A stretch of DNA of 29,333 nt, taken from assembly GCA_020343635.1 (NCBI GenBank), contig CP070804.1, positions 591,009 to 620,341 on the forward strand, read 5' to 3'. The notes beneath the pieces were generated by a model. That model saw nothing but the letters and a program-made list of their open reading frames with translations. It searched no databases and had not been told where the DNA came from. The position numbers and the translations under genes were made by a program. The stretch comes from Candidatus Aenigmatarchaeota archaeon. Its GTDB lineage: Archaea; Aenigmatarchaeota; Aenigmatarchaeia; QMZP01; JAFGSV01. Of the stretch, positions 24,922 to 29,333 are shown piece after piece (position 1 is the first letter of the stretch; the number at the start of each line of letters is the position of its first letter).

Positions 24922-25092
24922 ATGATTTCTATGGGAGAGAAAATTGAGGAAAGTAAGTGTAACTGCACTATTTGCGGCTCCAGATTCAGGGTAAGGATAG
25001 ACAGGATAGGAAACATAAGACCCGTGGCCAAGTACTGCTCCTTCTGCAGGTCCCTGCTGGAGGAAGTAGAGGAGATTGAATACATCAAGTGA
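24922..25092 (+). CDS. Small zinc-ribbon protein, 56 aa (53 aa from ATG 24931), CxxC-x20-CxxC
   Basis: Below the track cutoff: MISMGEKIEESKCNCTICGSRFRVRIDRIGNIRPVAKYCSFCRSLLEEVEEIEYIK*. Fills the gatE-rpoN gap on the same strand. Confidence 0.65.
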   Translation: MISMGEKIEESKCNCTICGSRFRVRIDRIGNIRPVAKYCSFCRSLLEEVEEIEYIK

Positions 25093-25169
25093 TTCTGTTA
25101 CCATGTGAGCCCGGAAAGGAAACAATTTAAAGGTTAAAGTGGATAATTAAGAGATTGCAGGGTGGATTT

Positions 25170-25364
25170 ATGATCATACCGGTAAGATGCATGACATGCG
25201 GCAAGCCAGTAGGCCAGTTCTGGGAGGAGTTCATGGCAAGAAGAAAAAAAGGGGAAGACCCCAAGAAGATATTGGACGGGATGGGCCTTGTGAGGTACTG
25301 CTGCCGTTCGCTTTTTCTGACGCACGTCAACCTTACGGACAAGGTCGGTAAGTTCCAGAAGTGA
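25170..25364 (+). CDS. rpoN: DNA-directed RNA polymerase subunit N (Rpo10)
   Basis: 'MIIPVRCMTCGK' and 'RYCCR..FLTHV'. ATG 25170 follows GGGTGG (the track starts at TTG 25155). Confidence 0.96.
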   Translation: MIIPVRCMTCGKPVGQFWEEFMARRKKGEDPKKILDGMGLVRYCCRSLFLTHVNLTDKVGKFQK

Positions 25365-25365
25365 T

Positions 25366-25701
25366 TCACAGTCTCCAGTAAACTGTGAATATCCTTATTA
25401 TCATCTGTACCGTGAAGCCTATTGACACTATCAGGTTGAGCACGAACAGTGCCGTGAGTGACCACGTCCATTCAACACCGAAAACCGTCACTACCCACGG
25501 AAGGAAGCTGAACCATGCGACCCATGCGTACAGTATGACTCCTATAACGGGTATGATGCCCAGCAGCAACGTTAGCCCGAGAACTATCTGCGTTACTATC
25601 GCTATAAGTATGCCAGCCGGGCCGTATGTGATGAAGCAGAACAATATGCCGAGAACGAGTGCGATCAGGTTTGAGTATGCATAAAGCTTTTTCTTCACCA
25701 T
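25366..25701 (-). CDS. Small integral membrane protein, 111 aa, 3-4 TM
   Basis: Almost entirely hydrophobic with a basic N-terminus; fills the gap between rpoN and the TBP-like gene. Confidence 0.7.
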   Translation of the reverse strand: MVKKKLYAYSNLIALVLGILFCFITYGPAGILIAIVTQIVLGLTLLLGIIPVIGVILYAWVAWFSFLPWVVTVFGVEWTWSLTALFVLNLIVSIGFTVQMIIRIFTVYWRL

Positions 25702-25745
25702 AATAATTATTCTATAAGGAACCTAAAAAATAAAAGCTGGTGTGC

Positions 25746-26300
25746 ATGAGTATTTTGCCTGTTCATATAGAGGACGTGACAGTAAGGACGGACCTGAAGA
25801 CGGACATACCCCTGGAGAAGATGGTTTCGGCCGAGGAGAACGCCGATTATGATGCGGAAGGCTCGAAGGGGGTAGTTTACAAGATGGAGGAACCGAGATC
25901 AACCGCGCTCATCTTCTCCGACGGAAAGATAGTCTGTACAGGAGCGAAGAGCATACGTGAGGCCGAAGACGCTATAAAAAAGGTTGTCGGGAAGATAAAG
26001 GATCTTGGAGTCGAGATAAAAACAGAACCGGGCATTGAGATAGAGAAGATAGTCGCAGCCTTCCGTCTCAGGGATCCCCTAAACCTTGAGGAGACTTCAG
26101 GAAAGCTCAAAGGATCTAGGTACGAGAAAGAGAAAGTGCCCGCGGTCTTGTACAGGACCAGCAATCCCCGGGCAGACTTCCTTATACTGGAGAACAAGAT
26201 GATATGCACGGGATGCCAGAGCATAAAGGACGTGCAGGGGGCCGTCACGTCTATGAAGGAGACCCTTGAGAGCGCCGGCATAAAGGTAGAGCTTGTATGA
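25746..26300 (+). CDS. tbp: TATA-box-binding protein (TBP) paralog, degenerate
   Basis: Two direct TBP repeats: 'GVVYKMEEP..TALIFSDGKIVCTGAKS' and 'AVLYRTSNP.ADFLILENKMICTGCQS'. ATG 25746 follows GGTG. Confidence 0.85.
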   Translation: MSILPVHIEDVTVRTDLKTDIPLEKMVSAEENADYDAEGSKGVVYKMEEPRSTALIFSDGKIVCTGAKSIREAEDAIKKVVGKIKDLGVEIKTEPGIEIEKIVAAFRLRDPLNLEETSGKLKGSRYEKEKVPAVLYRTSNPRADFLILENKMICTGCQSIKDVQGAVTSMKETLESAGIKVELV

Positions 26301-26896
26301 TTTCCGTTTCTGAGATGCACGAAATAGAGAGGAAAGCCGTGAACATGGGCATCAGCGAGGAGCTGCTGATGGAAACAGCCGGTGCGAATGCCGCCAGTGT
26401 CACAGACAGTGAATTCCGTCTTCAGGGCAAGGAGGTTATGATATTCTGCGGCACAGGTAACAACGCTGGGGACGGTCTCGTGTTCGCGAGGTATGCCCTC
26501 ATTTACGGAGCTTCCGTGAAGGTCTATTTCGTGTGCGGGACCGGAAGTCTTAAGCCACTGCCGTCAAAGCACCACTCAGCGCTCAGAAGGCAGGAGAAAG
26601 TCGTTTTTGTCAAAAGAGCAGAAGACGCTGACATACTTGTCGATGCAATGCTCGGTACGGGCATAAAGGGCAGGGTTAGCGAGGAATATGCGCGCGCAAT
26701 AAGGGAATTCAACTCAATGAACGGCATAAAGCTGTCTCTGGACAATCCTTCAGGGATAGACTGTGACACAGGGGAGGTTCTAGGGGAAGCCGTGAAACCC
26801 GACATGACCATAACTTTCCACGCCAGGAAGAAAGGGATGAACGAAAAGAACTCTGGACGTATAGTAGTAGCCGGCATAGGTATACCGAAAATTTAG
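26297..26896 (+). CDS. nnrE: NAD(P)HX epimerase (stand-alone YjeF N-terminal domain)
   Basis: 'LMETAG', 'CGTGNNAGDGLV.AR', 'LVDAMLGTG', 'LDNPSG', 'TITF..RK.G', 'IGIP'. ATGA overlap with the TBP-like gene. Confidence 0.92.
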   Translation: MISVSEMHEIERKAVNMGISEELLMETAGANAASVTDSEFRLQGKEVMIFCGTGNNAGDGLVFARYALIYGASVKVYFVCGTGSLKPLPSKHHSALRRQEKVVFVKRAEDADILVDAMLGTGIKGRVSEEYARAIREFNSMNGIKLSLDNPSGIDCDTGEVLGEAVKPDMTITFHARKKGMNEKNSGRIVVAGIGIPKI

Positions 26897-27002
26897 ATTA
26901 CGTTACAGCTATCTGTTTTAAGTAAAAACAAACTCGTTTTTTGCCGCAACGTTTAAACTTTTATTTTTAAGTAAGGAAAACAACTAAGTCTTTGGTGGGG
27001 CA

Positions 27003-28187
27003 ATGAAGATATGCTATCTCTACCTGCACAGAATGGCCGGACGGGGCTCAGGCAGGTACATGCAGTCGCTTCTTACGTATTTCAAGGCGAAGAGACACAG
27101 TATATGCGTTGTGGAGGGGATGAGGTCCCAGCTTAAGGTTCTGAGAGGCATTGCCGTCAAGTACGTGCATTTCCCCTTCCAGATACCGGTCTATCAGGGC
27201 CGGGCAGACGTCAAGAAGAACGTCAAGATCTCAGGGATACCCGATTCCCAGCTGTTCAGCCTCATACGCAGATTTGCTGAATGGGAAGTTAAGATGAACG
27301 AAAGAACAGGCATTGACATAACCCACGCCAACCATGTCAGCATACTGCCGTTCTCTGCATCTCTGGCCAAGAAGATAAACCACGTCCCTTACGTAGTGAC
27401 AGCTCACGGGACGGGCATGCTGTCATCGCTTGAGAGCAAGAGGAACTTCGAGATTGCCAAGATGGGCCTCGAAGAATCCGAAAAGGTCATCGCTAACAGC
27501 AAGTTCACAAAGAGCAATCTCATAAAGGATTTCGGGATACAGAAGAACAAGATAAAGGTCATATATCCAGGGGTCGATACCGATGTCTTCAAACCTGCGT
27601 CACCAAGGGTGAAGAAGGCCATAAAGAGGAAGTATCGATGCACTGGTAAGAGGGTCGTCTTCTCATCGGGCTTCTTTACAGAGGAAAAGGGCTTCCAGTA
27701 CCTGCTCAAGGCTGCCAGCATCTACGAGAAGAAAGACCCGAACATAGTTACATTGATAACCGGACAGGGTGACTATCAGCATGAAATGGAGAAACTCATC
27801 GAGAAGTACGATCTTAAGAACACCAAGATACTGGGATGGGTTACCAGGAAGGACCTGATAAAGATTTACGGGGCAGCTGACCTATTTGTGACACCTTCCA
27901 CATGGCACGAGCCCTTCGGACTGGTCTCGGTCGAGGCGCTGGCTTCAAAGACTCCCGTGATCGCGACGAAGATGGGAGGCATACCGGAGATAGTTACGAG
28001 AGATGTAGGCGAAACAGTCGAATCCAAGTCCGGCAGCGCCATAGCGAACGCCGTCCTGGACAGGATAAACGACGACTGCTGGCTCAGGAAGAAGGGAAAG
28101 CACGGCAGGGAAAGGGTTATAGAACATTTCTCTGTCAAGGCCGGGGGAAGGGAGACAGAAAAGGTGTACAGAAAGGCAATAAGATGA
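27003..28187 (+). CDS. GT4-family (GT-B fold) glycosyltransferase
   Basis: 'TAHG', 'IANS', 'VIYPGVD...F', 'KGF.YL..A', 'PSTWHEPFGLV.VEALAS.TPVIAT..GGIPEIV' (EX7E motif). Confidence 0.92.
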   Translation: MKICYLYLHRMAGRGSGRYMQSLLTYFKAKRHSICVVEGMRSQLKVLRGIAVKYVHFPFQIPVYQGRADVKKNVKISGIPDSQLFSLIRRFAEWEVKMNERTGIDITHANHVSILPFSASLAKKINHVPYVVTAHGTGMLSSLESKRNFEIAKMGLEESEKVIANSKFTKSNLIKDFGIQKNKIKVIYPGVDTDVFKPASPRVKKAIKRKYRCTGKRVVFSSGFFTEEKGFQYLLKAASIYEKKDPNIVTLITGQGDYQHEMEKLIEKYDLKNTKILGWVTRKDLIKIYGAADLFVTPSTWHEPFGLVSVEALASKTPVIATKMGGIPEIVTRDVGETVESKSGSAIANAVLDRINDDCWLRKKGKHGRERVIEHFSVKAGGRETEKVYRKAIR

Positions 28188-28233
28188 TATTCTTCCTGCC
28201 TCCAAATTTATTATATCGCTACAAATAAAATAT

Positions 28234-29232
28234 ATGAGAAAAAAGATTTCCCAGAATCACATACGAAGGGACATTTTCGAAAGGGAAGTCATAATTGCAG
28301 GCAAGCGTTCCGAGCGTCCCGGGGCCAGCGTTAAAAAGAGAAAAAAACCTAGGAAGGAGGAATGCCCCTTCTGTCCTGGCAACGAAAAACTGACGGGGAG
28401 TACCGTGCTGGCGCTGCCGGACAAGAAGAACTGGAAAGTGAGGATATTTCCCAACAAGTTTCCGGTCGTCTTCTCTAACAGCTTCAAGAGTATAAGCAGG
28501 CATCCTTACAAGTGCTTCGCCCCGAGGGGCAGGCACGAGGTTATGGTCGAGACAAGGGACCATAACCATGAATACGAGGACATGAAACTTGAAGACCTTT
28601 CACTCGTTTTCAAAGCACTGAAGATACGCTACGAAGAACTGATGTGCATGAAGGACATAAATTACGTCACGGTGTTCAAAAACAGGGGGAAGACGGCAGG
28701 CGCCAGCATACCGCACACACACATGCAGATTATAGCATCGCCCCTATTCCCTGAGATTATATCAAGGGAAATGGACGAGTCCGAGGCATTCTTCAAGAAA
28801 GAGAAGAAATGTGGCATCTGCACAGTCGTTGAACAGGAACTCAAATACAAAGAGAGGGTGGTGACGCATAATTCTGACTGGATATGCATAAATCCTTATT
28901 CCTCCTCATGGCCGTATCAGATACAGTTCATGCCCAAGAGGCATTTCTCTGAGATAACGGACGCGGACGACAGCGAACTGGAGAATCTCGCCAGAATAAT
29001 CAAAAAGGTATTCATGGCCTTTTCAAAAATATTTGAAGACCTTCCGCTGAACATCATGTACCACAACTTTCCAAAGTCTGAATTATGGCATTTCCAGGTA
29101 CATTTATACCCAAGGCTCATGACACAGGCAGGTTTTGAGTTCTTCGGACTCAATGTAAATACAAAAACACCAGAAGAGGCTGCAGCGGAACTGAGAGAAG
29201 CCATGAAACATCTGGATGACAATCAGGTATGA
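28234..29232 (+). CDS. galT: Galactose-1-phosphate uridylyltransferase (GalT, HIT superfamily)
   Basis: 'R..RP', 'CPFCPGNE', 'PNKFP', 'G.HEV', 'FKNRG..AGASIPHTHMQI' (HxHxQ). Confidence 0.92.
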   Translation: MRKKISQNHIRRDIFEREVIIAGKRSERPGASVKKRKKPRKEECPFCPGNEKLTGSTVLALPDKKNWKVRIFPNKFPVVFSNSFKSISRHPYKCFAPRGRHEVMVETRDHNHEYEDMKLEDLSLVFKALKIRYEELMCMKDINYVTVFKNRGKTAGASIPHTHMQIIASPLFPEIISREMDESEAFFKKEKKCGICTVVEQELKYKERVVTHNSDWICINPYSSSWPYQIQFMPKRHFSEITDADDSELENLARIIKKVFMAFSKIFEDLPLNIMYHNFPKSELWHFQVHLYPRLMTQAGFEFFGLNVNTKTPEEAAAELREAMKHLDDNQV

Positions 29233-29236
29233 ACTT

Positions 29237-29333
29237 TTAACCGGACTTAACCAGCTTCCTGTACGTCTTCTCATAACCATCCGTCATGGCGCCTATGCTG
29301 AACTTCTTCTCCACCCAGCGCCTGCAGGCCTTA
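29237..29333 (-). CDS. C-terminal end of a probable second GT4 glycosyltransferase, truncated by the window edge
   Basis: Not in the track; hand translation ...KACRRWVEKKFSIGAMTDGYEKTYRKLVKSG* matches the usual GT-B C-terminal helix 'r..v...Fs...m...y...Y..l'. Confidence 0.65.
   Translation of the reverse strand, partial: KACRRWVEKKFSIGAMTDGYEKTYRKLVKSG

Noticed and set aside
24922-25092. Ribosomal protein L24e or another known r-protein
   Set aside because: It lacks the L24e CxFCG and FCSSKC motifs; only a generic CxxC-CxxC pattern is present.
1-29333. CRISPR array, rRNA, IS/transposase
   Set aside because: No regularly spaced repeats, no rRNA-like stretch and no transposase motifs; nearly all sequence is explained by coding genes.

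Overview
A 29.3-kb archaeal chromosomal segment. It is gene-dense, with archaeal BRE/TATA promoters, GGTGAT-type ribosome-binding sites, a tRNA carrying an intron, Sm1-L37e, S8e, RpoN, GatE, an RPA32-like protein and a DRG GTPase. Gene style suggests a DPANN lineage, possibly Aenigmarchaeota (inference only). The centre is a complete A1Ao ATP synthase operon in the order H-C-I-K-E-F-A-B-D with an extra unknown ORF at its end. The most unusual items are: (i) a cytosolic protein built as 40-aa alpha-solenoid repeats + two Ig-like sandwiches + a platform-like alpha/beta domain + a paired C-terminal pseudo-repeat, upstream of an SPFH-like gene; (ii) an APC permease fused to a SAM methyltransferase domain and tightly coupled to a CBS-pair gene; (iii) a KsgA/RsmA fused to a SerB-like HAD phosphatase; (iv) a TBP paralog that has lost most DNA-contact residues; (v) an AT-richer, motif-altered PRPP-synthetase-like gene right behind tRNA-Lys; (vi) a wHTH + RelE-like toxin-antitoxin pair; (vii) several single-base anomalies (an in-frame TGA in an aminotransferase, an ATC where the DRG start should be, two tRNA deviations). 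I also found two zinc-ribbon ORFs and two edge-truncated genes that the ORF track misses. No rRNA, CRISPR array, transposase or integrase was seen. All calls are from motif reading; no searches were run.
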